Source: an uncultured Rhodobacteraceae bacterium
GTDB taxonomy: Bacteria; Pseudomonadota; Alphaproteobacteria; Rhodobacterales; Rhodobacteraceae
Assembly: GCA_947493335.1 (NCBI GenBank)
Contig: CANLQO010000004.1
Span: 156,531 to 220,530 of the forward strand
DNA: 64,000 nt
Direction of reading: 5' to 3'
In this document: positions 56,433 through 64,000 of the stretch, piece by piece
How positions within the stretch are numbered: position 1 is the first letter of the stretch
Layout: every line of letters begins with the position of its first letter
Notes under the pieces: generated by a model
What the model saw: the letters and a program-made list of their open reading frames with translations, nothing else
What the model was told of the DNA's origin: nothing
Database searches by the model: none
Translations under genes and position numbers: made by a program

Positions 56433-58673
56433 ATGACACAAATCCCTTCCAAGGCGGAGGTCCTGCAATGGATCGCCGACCACCCGACCAAGACCAGCAA
56501 ACGCGACATCGCCAAAGCCTTTGGCATCAAAGGTGCCGCCCGCATCGACCTCAAAGCCTTGCTCAAGGAACTCGAAGCGGATGGCCACCTGCAAAAGCGC
56601 CGCAACAGCTATCGCGACCCCGAAAGCCTGCCGCCCGTTTCCGTGCTTGAGGTATCCGGCCCCAATGCCGACGGCGACCTTTACGCCCGTCCCTTGGAAT
56701 GGTCCGGCAAAGGGCCAGAGCCGCGCATTCTGCTGACCTTACGTAATTCTGACCCCGCCCTTGGCGCAGGTGACCGCATCCTTGGCCGTCTGACCGAGAT
56801 TACCGGCGAACCACATTCCCACATCGCCCGCCTGATCCGGCGCATCGGCACCAATCCGCAACGCATTCTTGGTGTGTTTCGCGCAGGCTCCGAAGGGGGC
56901 CGGGTCGCGCCCATCGACAAAGGCTCTGACAAGCAATGGACTGTCCCCGCCGGTGCCACCCATGATGCCAAAGACGGCGAATTGGTCGAAGCGGAACAAT
57001 CTGGGCCCAAGGGGCGGATGGGCCTGCCCAAGGCACGTATTATCGCGCGTCTTGGCGATCCGACCGCGCCACGGGCCGTCAGCCTGATCGCCATTCACCA
57101 ACATGGCATCCCCGACCATTTTCCTGATGACGTGATTGCCGAAGCCGACGCCAAGACGCCTGCCCCCCTGGGTAACCGAACCGACCTGCGCGACAAACCT
57201 TTCGTGACCATCGACCCCGCAGATGCCCGCGACCGCGACGACGCCTGCCTTGTCGAACCCGACGGTGATGGCTTTACCCTCTGGGTCGCCATCGCCGATG
57301 TCGCTGCCTATGTTACACCGGGTTCAGAACTTGACCGCGAGGCACGAAAACGCGGCAACTCCACCTATTTCCCTGACCGCGTCGTTCCCATGCTGCCTGA
57401 TGTTCTTTCGAGTGATCTGTGCAGCTTGCACGAACATGTCGACCGCGCCGTGCTTGCCGTCGCGATGAAGATCGACGCAAAGGGCAACAAGACCGCCCAT
57501 TCCTTCCACCGCGCAATGATCCGCTCTGTTGCCTCGCTGGAATATGCCCAGGTCCAGAACGCCGTCGAAGGTCGCCCGGACGATGTCACCGCACCGCTGG
57601 TCGATGACGTCCTCAAACCTCTTTTTGCTGCCTATGAGGCGCTGAAAATTGCGCGCGCAGTCCGCCAACCCCTCGAACTCGACTTGCCGGAACGCCGCAT
57701 CGAGCTCAGCGAAGAAGGCAAGGTCACCGGCGTCGCCTTCAAAGACCGCCTTGATGCCCACCGCCTGATCGAAGAGTTCATGGTCCTCGCCAATGTCGCC
57801 GCAGCCGAAACCCTGCTTGCCAAAAAGACACCGCATCTGCTGCGCGTCCATGAAGAGCCCGCGCCCGAAAAGCTCGACGCGCTGCGCGAGGTCGCCAACG
57901 GCTCTGGCCTGCAACTGGCCAAGGGACAGGTCCTCAAAACCGCGCATCTCAACCGCTTGTTGAGGCAGGCAGCGGGCACAGACCACGACGAACTGATCAA
58001 TATGGCCACGCTGCGGTCGATGACGCAGGCCTATTATGCGCCCGAAAACTTCGGCCACTTCGGCCTTGCCCTGCGGGCTTATGCGCATTTCACCTCACCC
58101 ATCCGCCGCTACGCAGATCTGATTGTGCACCGCGCCCTGATCGCGACGCATGGCTGGGGCAAGGATGGCCTTTCCCCTGAAGACATCGAACGCCTGCGCG
58201 ACACCGGTGAAAAGATTTCCGCCACTGAACGCCGCTCGATGATGGCCGAACGCGACACGACCGACCGCTACCTTGCCGCCTTCATGGCAGATCGGATCGG
58301 GGCGGAACTGACGGGCCGCATCGCGGGGATCGCCAAGTTTGGGGTCTTTGTTAAACTGGACGAAACCGGTGCCGACGCGATGATCCCGATCCGCACTTTG
58401 GGCGGGGAATACTTTCATTATGACGCCGAGACCCAAACGCTGATGGGCGCGGATTCCGGTCGTGTCATTGGCCTTGGCATGCGCGCGACCGTCAAGCTGG
58501 CAGAGGCCGCACCGGTAACCGGGGGCCTCATCGTTGAACTCCTCACCCTTGACGGCGCCACCATGCCGCGCGGCGCGGCACGAGGCCGCGGCAAACCACC
58601 CAAACGCAAATTGGGATCAGCGCGCAAGAAGGCTGCCAAAACTGCCCGAAAGGTCAAACGCACCCGCAAGTAG
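56433..58673 (+). CDS. rnr: Ribonuclease R
   Basis: 746-aa ORF. RNB catalytic domain (DPADARDRDDA), C-terminal S1 domain and a Lys/Arg-rich tail. Confidence 0.95.
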   Translation: MTQIPSKAEVLQWIADHPTKTSKRDIAKAFGIKGAARIDLKALLKELEADGHLQKRRNSYRDPESLPPVSVLEVSGPNADGDLYARPLEWSGKGPEPRILLTLRNSDPALGAGDRILGRLTEITGEPHSHIARLIRRIGTNPQRILGVFRAGSEGGRVAPIDKGSDKQWTVPAGATHDAKDGELVEAEQSGPKGRMGLPKARIIARLGDPTAPRAVSLIAIHQHGIPDHFPDDVIAEADAKTPAPLGNRTDLRDKPFVTIDPADARDRDDACLVEPDGDGFTLWVAIADVAAYVTPGSELDREARKRGNSTYFPDRVVPMLPDVLSSDLCSLHEHVDRAVLAVAMKIDAKGNKTAHSFHRAMIRSVASLEYAQVQNAVEGRPDDVTAPLVDDVLKPLFAAYEALKIARAVRQPLELDLPERRIELSEEGKVTGVAFKDRLDAHRLIEEFMVLANVAAAETLLAKKTPHLLRVHEEPAPEKLDALREVANGSGLQLAKGQVLKTAHLNRLLRQAAGTDHDELINMATLRSMTQAYYAPENFGHFGLALRAYAHFTSPIRRYADLIVHRALIATHGWGKDGLSPEDIERLRDTGEKISATERRSMMAERDTTDRYLAAFMADRIGAELTGRIAGIAKFGVFVKLDETGADAMIPIRTLGGEYFHYDAETQTLMGADSGRVIGLGMRATVKLAEAAPVTGGLIVELLTLDGATMPRGAARGRGKPPKRKLGSARKKAAKTARKVKRTRK

Positions 58674-58685
58674 CGGATACCGCTA

Positions 58686-59162
58686 TCATTCAAGCAATTG
58701 CGCGTCGCAGTCGCCGTTGATGCAGGCAATTGCCTGCCGCTCCATCGCGCGATTGACGTTGTAGAAGATGTTTCCGCCGCAGGGGCTGGCCTCAATCACC
58801 AGATCAGCGCCCACGACCTTGGCAAAAATAATCGCCTCTTCGCCCGACGCGGCACCACCGCACCAGGGACCAAAACACAAAGGCTGAAGCGTCACCGCGC
58901 GCTCATATCGCGTCGTAAACCCGTCCCGGTTCAGTGCATGGCCCTTGAACCGCGCAGCGATGGGTGCCGGGGTCTGCTCCTGATTAAGCATATCTGTCTC
59001 TGGCAGAAGCCTTTCATCAAAGGTCAATCTGCCTTTGAGCAAATAGACATCTTCAGGCACTTTCTCGGCGCGGGCAAAGCTGTCTGGAATGGTCGGCCTC
59101 AGGCACGACAGCGCGGCCAAATCCGTTGCCACCAGCGTCAGGGCCGCTGCCAGCCACCTCAC
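58686..59162 (-). CDS. Hypothetical secreted/lipoprotein-like protein (158 aa)
   Basis: Proposed GTG 59162 overlaps the rppH stop (GTGA). N-terminus [20 protein letters not shown] is signal or lipobox-like. Six further Cys residues. The ORF-track start 59258 would overlap rppH by 100 nt. Confidence 0.5.
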   Translation of the reverse strand: MRWLAAALTLVATDLAALSCLRPTIPDSFARAEKVPEDVYLLKGRLTFDERLLPETDMLNQEQTPAPIAARFKGHALNRDGFTTRYERAVTLQPLCFGPWCGGAASGEEAIIFAKVVGADLVIEASPCGGNIFYNVNRAMERQAIACINGDCDAQLLE

Positions 59163-59662
59163 AGCTTGCCCTCGAACTCTGCCAAAACGCGGGCATAAAC
59201 CTCGCGCTTGAAGGGCACGATATTGGCGACCAGCTCCTCTTTTGGCATCCACTTCCACTTGGAAAACTCAGGATGCGCCGTGGCGATATTGATCTGATCG
59301 TCGGTGCCGTGGAACCGGAACAGGAACCACTTCTGCTCTTGCCCGCGATACTTGCCTTTCCAGATCTTTGGTACAATTTCGTGCGGCAGATCGTAGGCAA
59401 TCAGTTCGCGGCTTTCCGCCTCAAGCGTCACAAGCTTTTCAGTCACCCCGGTTTCTTCCCACAACTCCCGGATCGCGGCATCAAGCGTCTTTTCGCCGGC
59501 GTCCACGCCACCCTGTGGCATTTGCCAGGCGTCGGTGTCACGATCCATGCGCTGGCCCACAAAGATGTGCCCCCTTGGATTGGCCAGCATGATGCCGACA
59601 CAGGGGCGATAAGGAAGCTGGGCGATGTCGTCTGGGGTCATGAATTGGCCTTGGTGCTGCAT
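59159..59662 (-). CDS. rppH: RNA pyrophosphohydrolase (NUDIX)
   Basis: Nudix box [23 protein letters not shown] and the [10 protein letters not shown]-terminus. Confidence 0.9.
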   Translation of the reverse strand: MQHQGQFMTPDDIAQLPYRPCVGIMLANPRGHIFVGQRMDRDTDAWQMPQGGVDAGEKTLDAAIRELWEETGVTEKLVTLEAESRELIAYDLPHEIVPKIWKGKYRGQEQKWFLFRFHGTDDQINIATAHPEFSKWKWMPKEELVANIVPFKREVYARVLAEFEGKL

Positions 59663-59711
59663 AGGTCTGCTCCTGTCACGTTTGGCCCAAGTTTTGGGTC
59701 AACGTCCAGCG

Positions 59712-60206
59712 CTATGCGATAACAAGCCGGGTGTTATGCGCTATCCTTGCTGCGATCCAGCGCAAATGATCGCGTCTGAACGCCACGCACCCCGCCGTGG
59801 GCCGCCCTGGCCCGCGCCATTGATGCACAAAGATCGCTGATCCCCGTCCCTTGACAGCATAAGGCCAATTCCAGTCGGTCAGGATGATCAAATCATACAT
59901 CGGATCGGCCCGCCTCAGCACTTCGTGGCTAAACCCATGCGGCGCGCGCACCATCATATTGTAGTCGGGATCTTTCACATCATCGGACCAAAGATCAGAC
60001 AGTCCAATCGGCAGCGCCCAATCGGCAGGCCGGGCCATCCGGTCGGGCCGATAAAGCATCCCCACGATTCGATGCACACCTTTAGGCGTGACGCCATCAC
60101 CTTCCACTTTGCGCGCTGCGATCCCGCCGCGCCCAATTGTGCAAGGGAATCGCCGCCCGCGAAACCGCACACCGCGGCTGGTCAAAACCAGATCCGTCGC
60201 GCCCAT
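59712..60206 (-). CDS. L,D-transpeptidase (YkuD) family protein
   Basis: Start trimmed to ATG 60206. GSAIFVHQW...TAGCVAF is the YkuD catalytic His/Cys motif. The ORF-track N-terminal extension runs through a repeat element. Confidence 0.8.
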   Translation of the reverse strand: MGATDLVLTSRGVRFRGRRFPCTIGRGGIAARKVEGDGVTPKGVHRIVGMLYRPDRMARPADWALPIGLSDLWSDDVKDPDYNMMVRAPHGFSHEVLRRADPMYDLIILTDWNWPYAVKGRGSAIFVHQWRGPGRPTAGCVAFRRDHLRWIAARIAHNTRLVIA

Positions 60207-60228
60207 CACCCCGCCTTCTTCTGGTCGT

Positions 60229-60276
60229 AAATACTTTGGGGGAGTCCGCTTGCGGACGGGGGCAAAGCCCCCAAAG
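60229..60276 (+). repeat. Tandem-hairpin intergenic repeat, copy 2 of 3
   Basis: AAATACTTT-GGGGG-A[GTCCGC TT GCGGAC]-[GGGGGC AAA GCCCCC]AAAG, located between ribA and the YkuD-like gene. Confidence 0.75.
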
Positions 60277-60336
60277 TCCGGGACGGCGGGCGGGGCGCCT
60301 TGGCCAGCACGCTGGCCAAGAGCGGCGCGCGACGGC

Positions 60337-61410
60337 TCATAGCAAATGGCCCGACTTCGCGGCCTTGGTCGCCAGATAGGCCTGATTGTGGGCGTTCCCA
60401 CCCACCAAAAGCGGCACGCGTTCCACCACAGTAATCCCGCAGCCTTCCATGCGTGTGATCTTGGCGGGATTGTTGGTCATCAACCTTACGGCGCCAAATC
60501 CCATCTTGCGTAAAATCTCGGCTCCAATCCGAAAATCGCGCTCATCATCCTCAAACCCCAACCGATGGTTCGCTTCCACCGTATCAAAACCTTGATCCTG
60601 AAGCGCATAGGCCCGCATCTTGTTGGTCAGACCGATCCCCCGCCCCTCTTGATTGAGATAAAGCAGCACACCCGCCCCTTCCGCTCCCATCTGCGCCAGC
60701 GCACCGTTCAATTGCGGCCCGCAATCACATTTCAAAGACCCGAGCAGATCGCCGGTGAAACAGGCCGAATGCAGTCTGGCCAGCACCGGTTTTGACCGGT
60801 CAGGCTGGCCAATCTCGACGGCGTAATGCTCTTCCCCGCCATCCTCGGGCCGGAAGATGTGCAACCGGCCCGCGTCCGACACCCGCAATGGGACCCGTGC
60901 GGAAACCACCGCATCCAGCGCTGCCATTGTGGTGTCCATCACAGCCCCGGCCTCAACCACCGTCAGCGCATGCTCTGCGGCAAATCCAGCGGGGTCCGAC
61001 AAGGGTGCAATGACGGCCGCAGGCAACAGGCGTGCTGCCTTGCAAAGCGTGATGCCCGCCCGCGCCAACTCTGCGTCACCTTCGCGCAACGACACCAAGG
61101 GGCCCTTCATCGGATTGGCAAGATCGTCCGCTGGGTCCGCAAGCGCCTGCACCCAGCCCAACCTTGCCTCAACGGGCAAGGCGATCCTTGCCACATCACC
61201 GTCATAGGCCCGGGCCTTCAGCGTCGCCGCGCGCCAATCGGTGATCGCCAGCGCCGCGCCGCCCAGCGCCAGCACATCCGTCAGCCGAGCGGCGCTAAGC
61301 GTCTCGGCCGCCAGCACCAAACCCTGTCCGGCCACCACAACCGGCACACCCATGCGCAGATCTGCCCGCGCGCGGGCCAGCCGTTCTGTTACATCGGGGG
61401 CGAATGTCAT
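60337..61410 (-). CDS. ribA: GTP cyclohydrolase II with a degenerate DHBP-synthase-like N-domain
   Basis: Start trimmed to ATG 61410. The C-half has RLHSACFTGDLLGSLKCDCGPQL and YLNQEGRGIGL (RibA). The N-half is RibB-like but lacks the acidic catalytic motif. Confidence 0.85.
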   Translation of the reverse strand: MTFAPDVTERLARARADLRMGVPVVVAGQGLVLAAETLSAARLTDVLALGGAALAITDWRAATLKARAYDGDVARIALPVEARLGWVQALADPADDLANPMKGPLVSLREGDAELARAGITLCKAARLLPAAVIAPLSDPAGFAAEHALTVVEAGAVMDTTMAALDAVVSARVPLRVSDAGRLHIFRPEDGGEEHYAVEIGQPDRSKPVLARLHSACFTGDLLGSLKCDCGPQLNGALAQMGAEGAGVLLYLNQEGRGIGLTNKMRAYALQDQGFDTVEANHRLGFEDDERDFRIGAEILRKMGFGAVRLMTNNPAKITRMEGCGITVVERVPLLVGGNAHNQAYLATKAAKSGHLL

Positions 61411-61480
61411 GGGTTTGCGCTGCCTTTCTGCGACATCACGTAGCGATCTTCGTGAGGAATTGAAACATTTGCCCGTCAAA

Positions 61481-61496
61481 TCACACGTCCGTGTGA
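61481..61496. promoter_or_regulatory. Palindrome in the ribA / response-regulator divergent region (possible operator)
   Basis: TCACACG tc CGTGTGA, 7-bp arms. Confidence 0.25.
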
Positions 61497-61567
61497 AATA
61501 TTTGCAGCACAACTTGCCAGCGCCGTGTCTGCATCACACTTCTAATCGCAAGACACCACAGGAGGCC

Positions 61568-62257
61568 ATGATGGCACAACTCAAGAAAATTCTGCTCGTC
61601 GATGATGACGAGGACCTGCGCGAGGCGCTGGGTGAACAGCTCTTGATGACTGAGGATTTCGACGTTTTCGAGGCAGGCGATGGCTCTGAGGCGATGACCA
61701 AGGCTAAGGAACAGCTTTACGATCTGATGATTTTGGACGTGGGCCTGCCCGACACCGATGGGCGCGAGCTTTGCCGCCTGATGCGCAAGCAGGGCGTCAA
61801 ATGCCCGATCGTGATGCTGACGGCGCAGGATTCGGATGCCGACACCATCTATGGACTTGATGCCGGGGCAAACGATTACGTCTCTAAGCCCTTCAAATTC
61901 CCCGTTCTTCTGGCCCGCATCCGCAGCCAACTGCGCACGCATGAGCAGTCAGAAGATGCCGTATTCCAGCTTGGGCCCTACACCTTCAAGCCCGCCCAGA
62001 AGATGCTGGTGACCGAAGAAGACAAAAAGGTTCGCCTGACCGAAAAAGAGACGAATATCCTCAAATTCCTCTACCGCGCCACCGAAGGTGTGGTGGCCCG
62101 CGACGTGCTTTTGCACGAGGTTTGGGGCTACAATGCCGGTGTCACAACCCACACACTTGAGACACACATTTACCGTCTTCGGCAGAAAATAGAACCAGAT
62201 CCGTCAAATGCCCGCCTTCTTGTGACCGAATCCGGCGGTTACCGTCTGGTGGCATAG
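61568..62257 (+). CDS. OmpR/PhoB family response regulator
   Basis: Start ATG 61568 or 61571 after CAGGAGG. Receiver ILLVDDDEDL...LMILDVGLPDTDG and a winged-helix output domain (LTEKETNILKFLY...THIYRLRQKIE). Confidence 0.9.
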   Translation: MMAQLKKILLVDDDEDLREALGEQLLMTEDFDVFEAGDGSEAMTKAKEQLYDLMILDVGLPDTDGRELCRLMRKQGVKCPIVMLTAQDSDADTIYGLDAGANDYVSKPFKFPVLLARIRSQLRTHEQSEDAVFQLGPYTFKPAQKMLVTEEDKKVRLTEKETNILKFLYRATEGVVARDVLLHEVWGYNAGVTTHTLETHIYRLRQKIEPDPSNARLLVTESGGYRLVA

Positions 62258-62266
62258 TGTGAGATT

Positions 62267-62382
62267 CCAGCGCGCGGAACATCCTCCCATGTTCGCGCGT
62301 TGGATACGTAGCCCCCGACAGAGGGTCAAATCTGTCAACCTCCCTGTTGGACTGGCCCGAGCCTCGTGCTCGGGCTTTTTTT
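62267..62382 (+). ncRNA. Candidate small RNA: two hairpins with CCUCCC loops plus an intrinsic terminator (cuckoo/CcsR-like architecture)
   Basis: Hairpin 1 is CGCGCGGAACAT [CCTCCC] ATGTTCGCGCG (62271-62299). Hairpin 2 is GTCAAC [CTCCCT] GTTGGAC (62334-62352). The terminator is GCCCGAGC ctcgt GCTCGGGC plus T7 (62355-62382). No CDS covers the interval. Confidence 0.45.
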
Positions 62383-62466
62383 CTTGTGAACGTCAGGGAA
62401 GCAGGGGTGGATTCCGCTCACCTTGTCCTGTCAAATGCCATATTCCGTACCAACAGGAGAACCACA

Positions 62467-62841
62467 TTGAAAACCGCCAAAGATTATCTTGATGACGCCA
62501 ACGCCGTCGTGACACGCATTTCCAGCGAAGAGGCCGTGGCGCGCCACGCCACCGGCAGCGGCGTCTGGATCGACGTGCGCGACAGCAGCGACATTGCCGC
62601 CTCTGGGACGATCAAAGGTGCCGAACGCGTGCCACGCGGGTTCATGGAGTTCGCAGCAGACCCGGCACTCCCTTTTCACAAACCCTTTCTGCAAAAGGAC
62701 GCCGAGATCTATCTGGTCTGCGGTGCGGGTGGTCAGGCGGCACTTGCGGGCAAGACCCTCAAGGACATGGGCTATACCAATGTCACCAATGTCGGCGGTA
62801 TCGGGGACTGGAAAGAAGCAGGTGGCCCGACAGAGGCCTGA
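62467..62841 (+). CDS. Rhodanese-like domain protein
   Basis: TTG 62467 lies 5 nt after AGGAGAA. The ORF-track TTG 62347 lies inside a terminator hairpin. Active-site loop YLVCGAGGQAA. Confidence 0.8.
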   Translation: MKTAKDYLDDANAVVTRISSEEAVARHATGSGVWIDVRDSSDIAASGTIKGAERVPRGFMEFAADPALPFHKPFLQKDAEIYLVCGAGGQAALAGKTLKDMGYTNVTNVGGIGDWKEAGGPTEA

Positions 62842-62850
62842 ACTCAAACA

Positions 62851-62880
62851 AAAGGGCCCCGCAATCGCGAGGCCCTTTCT
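62851..62880. terminator. Bidirectional terminator (rhodanese / DUF1013 gene)
   Basis: AAA GGGCCcCGC aatc GCGaGGCCC TTTCTT. Confidence 0.75.
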
Positions 62881-62897
62881 TGAGACTTAGCTCTGTA

Positions 62898-63653
62898 TCA
62901 GTCGTCGCTGCCTGAATCCTCGGGCAGGTTAAAGAAGCTGTCCGCATCGGCCACGTCGCGGGTATCTTCCTCTTCGCCGTCTTCGTCGCGCGGGTCAGAC
63001 AGGCTAAAGGTTTCCAGCCCGGCAATGGCACTTGGCATCTTGGGCTCTGGCTCCATACCCAGCGACTGTTCGGTGCTCACCAACTTGCGGCGCTCGTCAT
63101 CGGTCATGACCTCACCCTCTTTCGCCTTCTTGGCGTTGGCTTTTTGTACGGCAGCGTCCAGTTCGGACTGCTTGCACAAGCCAAGGGCCACAGGGTCGAT
63201 CGGCTCAAGATTGTTGATGTTCCAGTGCGTCCGCTCGCGGATGGCCTGAATCGTCGGTTTCGTCGTGCCCACCAGCTTGGAAATCTGGCCGTCCGACAGT
63301 TCGGGGTGGAACTTCACCAGCCAGTAGATAGAGGCCGGGCGATCCTGCCGCTTGGACAAAGGCGTGTACCGCGGACCGCGGCGCTTTTCCTCGCCAGCAG
63401 AGGCGGGATTATAAAGCAGCTTCAGCTTATGAGCCGGGTCAGCTTCGCCCTTGTCGATCTCTTCCTGAGTCAGCTGTTTGTTGGCAATCGGGTCAAACCC
63501 TTTGACGCCAGCGGCGACATCACCGTCGGCGATGCCCTGCACCTCAAGTTCGTGCAGGCCGCAGAAATCCGCGATCTGCTTGAAGGTCATCGTTGTATTG
63601 TCGCACAGCCAAACCGCAGTTGCCTTGGCCATAATTGGCAGATTGTTCGCCAT
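62898..63653 (-). CDS. DUF1013 domain protein (TrcR-type cell-cycle transcriptional regulator family)
   Basis: Start trimmed to ATG 63653 (MANNLPIMAKATAVWLCDNTTMTFKQIADFCGLHELEVQGIADG). Acidic C-terminal tail. Confidence 0.85.
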   Translation of the reverse strand: MANNLPIMAKATAVWLCDNTTMTFKQIADFCGLHELEVQGIADGDVAAGVKGFDPIANKQLTQEEIDKGEADPAHKLKLLYNPASAGEEKRRGPRYTPLSKRQDRPASIYWLVKFHPELSDGQISKLVGTTKPTIQAIRERTHWNINNLEPIDPVALGLCKQSELDAAVQKANAKKAKEGEVMTDDERRKLVSTEQSLGMEPEPKMPSAIAGLETFSLSDPRDEDGEEEDTRDVADADSFFNLPEDSGSDD

Positions 63654-63782
63654 CCGTCTTACTCCTAATTCAAACAAGCCTCTCCCGCGCCCTTGAGGGG
63701 GCTGACCGCTGGGGCCGGGTTCGCATTGTCGGGGAACTTGAGGCGTATATAGTCAGCATGACCCCAGTTGGAAAGACCCCAA

Positions 63783-64000
63783 ATGCGCTACCTGATTGCC
63801 TTGATGATGACCTTTGCCGCGCCGCTGTCCGCCCAGGATGTCGCCGGAGAATTTGACTACTATGTTCTGTCCCTGTCGTGGTCGCCCAATTGGTGCGATC
63901 TGGAAGGCCGCGAACGCGGATCGCCGCAATGCGCCGAGGACGCGGATTTTGGCTGGGTATTGCATGGCCTCTGGCCGCAGTATGAACGCGGCTGGCCTGC
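63783..64000 (+). CDS. Ribonuclease T2 family protein (3' end beyond window)
   Basis: Open-ended, so absent from the ORF track. Signal peptide MRYLIALMMTFAAPLSA, then FDYYVLSLSWSPNWC and the CAS I motif VLHGLWPQ. Confidence 0.8.
   Translation, partial: MRYLIALMMTFAAPLSAQDVAGEFDYYVLSLSWSPNWCDLEGRERGSPQCAEDADFGWVLHGLWPQYERGWP

Noticed and set aside
61411-61567. An FMN (RFN) riboswitch was expected upstream of ribA.
   Set aside because: Neither strand shows the conserved RFN core (the GGGCGGGGCGAAATTCCCCACCGGCGG-like segments). Only a short palindrome was recorded.
1-64000. A whole-window scan for CRISPR arrays, rRNA/tRNA genes, IS elements, integrases, phage genes, toxin-antitoxin pairs and known defence-system genes.
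   Set aside because: None was recognised. There are no regularly spaced direct repeats and no transposase-like or recombinase-like translations. The window behaves as core chromosome.

Overview
This is a GC-rich, tightly packed core-chromosome segment of an alphaproteobacterium with about 70 protein genes, short gaps and many 4-nt ATGA/GTGA/TGATG start-stop overlaps. The gene set and protein sequences look Rhodobacterales-like, which is inference only. The supporting genes are the PhyR-NepR-EcfG general stress locus, the COQ9/rpsU divergent pair, DUF1013/TrcR and a PuuD-type ureide pathway.

Gene content, in order:
- a histidine kinase, a disulfide oxidoreductase and a TVP38 membrane protein
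- rpmH-rnpA-yidD, then DUF900, DUF3833 and ttcA, then yidC-MOSC-engB-argB
- a quinone oxidoreductase and the COQ9/rpsU pair
- an Lrp regulator with ald
- phyR / nepR-ecfG / a HisKA_2 kinase
- mscL, a GST, YtoQ and a GNAT
- pheT and pheS, a TbpB-like lipoprotein, rplT-rpmI and pyk
- an FGase-family protein, DUF1244, lolA and DUF2267
- ureide catabolism: puuD, a puuE-uraD fusion, allA, a GAPDH paralog and ureidoglycine aminohydrolase
- ftsK, an aminotransferase, an amidase and a UbiH-family hydroxylase
- Trm112, a LON-domain protein and a thioredoxin
- an SGNH hydrolase, xthA, an asparaginase, an IalB-like protein and rlmN
- a LOG protein, dapD, four small ORFs and dapE
- rnr, rppH, a YkuD-like protein, ribA, an OmpR-type regulator, a rhodanese, DUF1013/TrcR and an RNase T2 truncated by the window end

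I found no rRNA, tRNA, CRISPR array, transposase, integrase or phage gene. Reading the sequence recovered several genes or starts that the ORF track misses: rpmH, Trm112, a 39-aa membrane peptide, the rhodanese TTG start and the open-ended RNase T2. Many ORF-track starts are in-frame over-extensions and were trimmed.

I do not see a new multi-gene protein system. The most interesting signals are non-coding:
1. Two candidate small RNAs show C-rich (CCUCCC-type) hairpin loops behind EcfG-type GGAAC-N16/17-CGTT motifs. One of them fires antisense into phyR.
2. phyR and nepR share a palindromic face-to-face promoter pair.
3. A three-copy tandem-hairpin repeat family shows compensatory stem changes.
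4. A 478-bp non-coding gap contains a 21-nt inverted repeat.
5. There are decayed gene remnants and a GAPDH paralog translationally coupled into the ureide operon.

All family assignments rest on motif recognition from memory. No database search was run.
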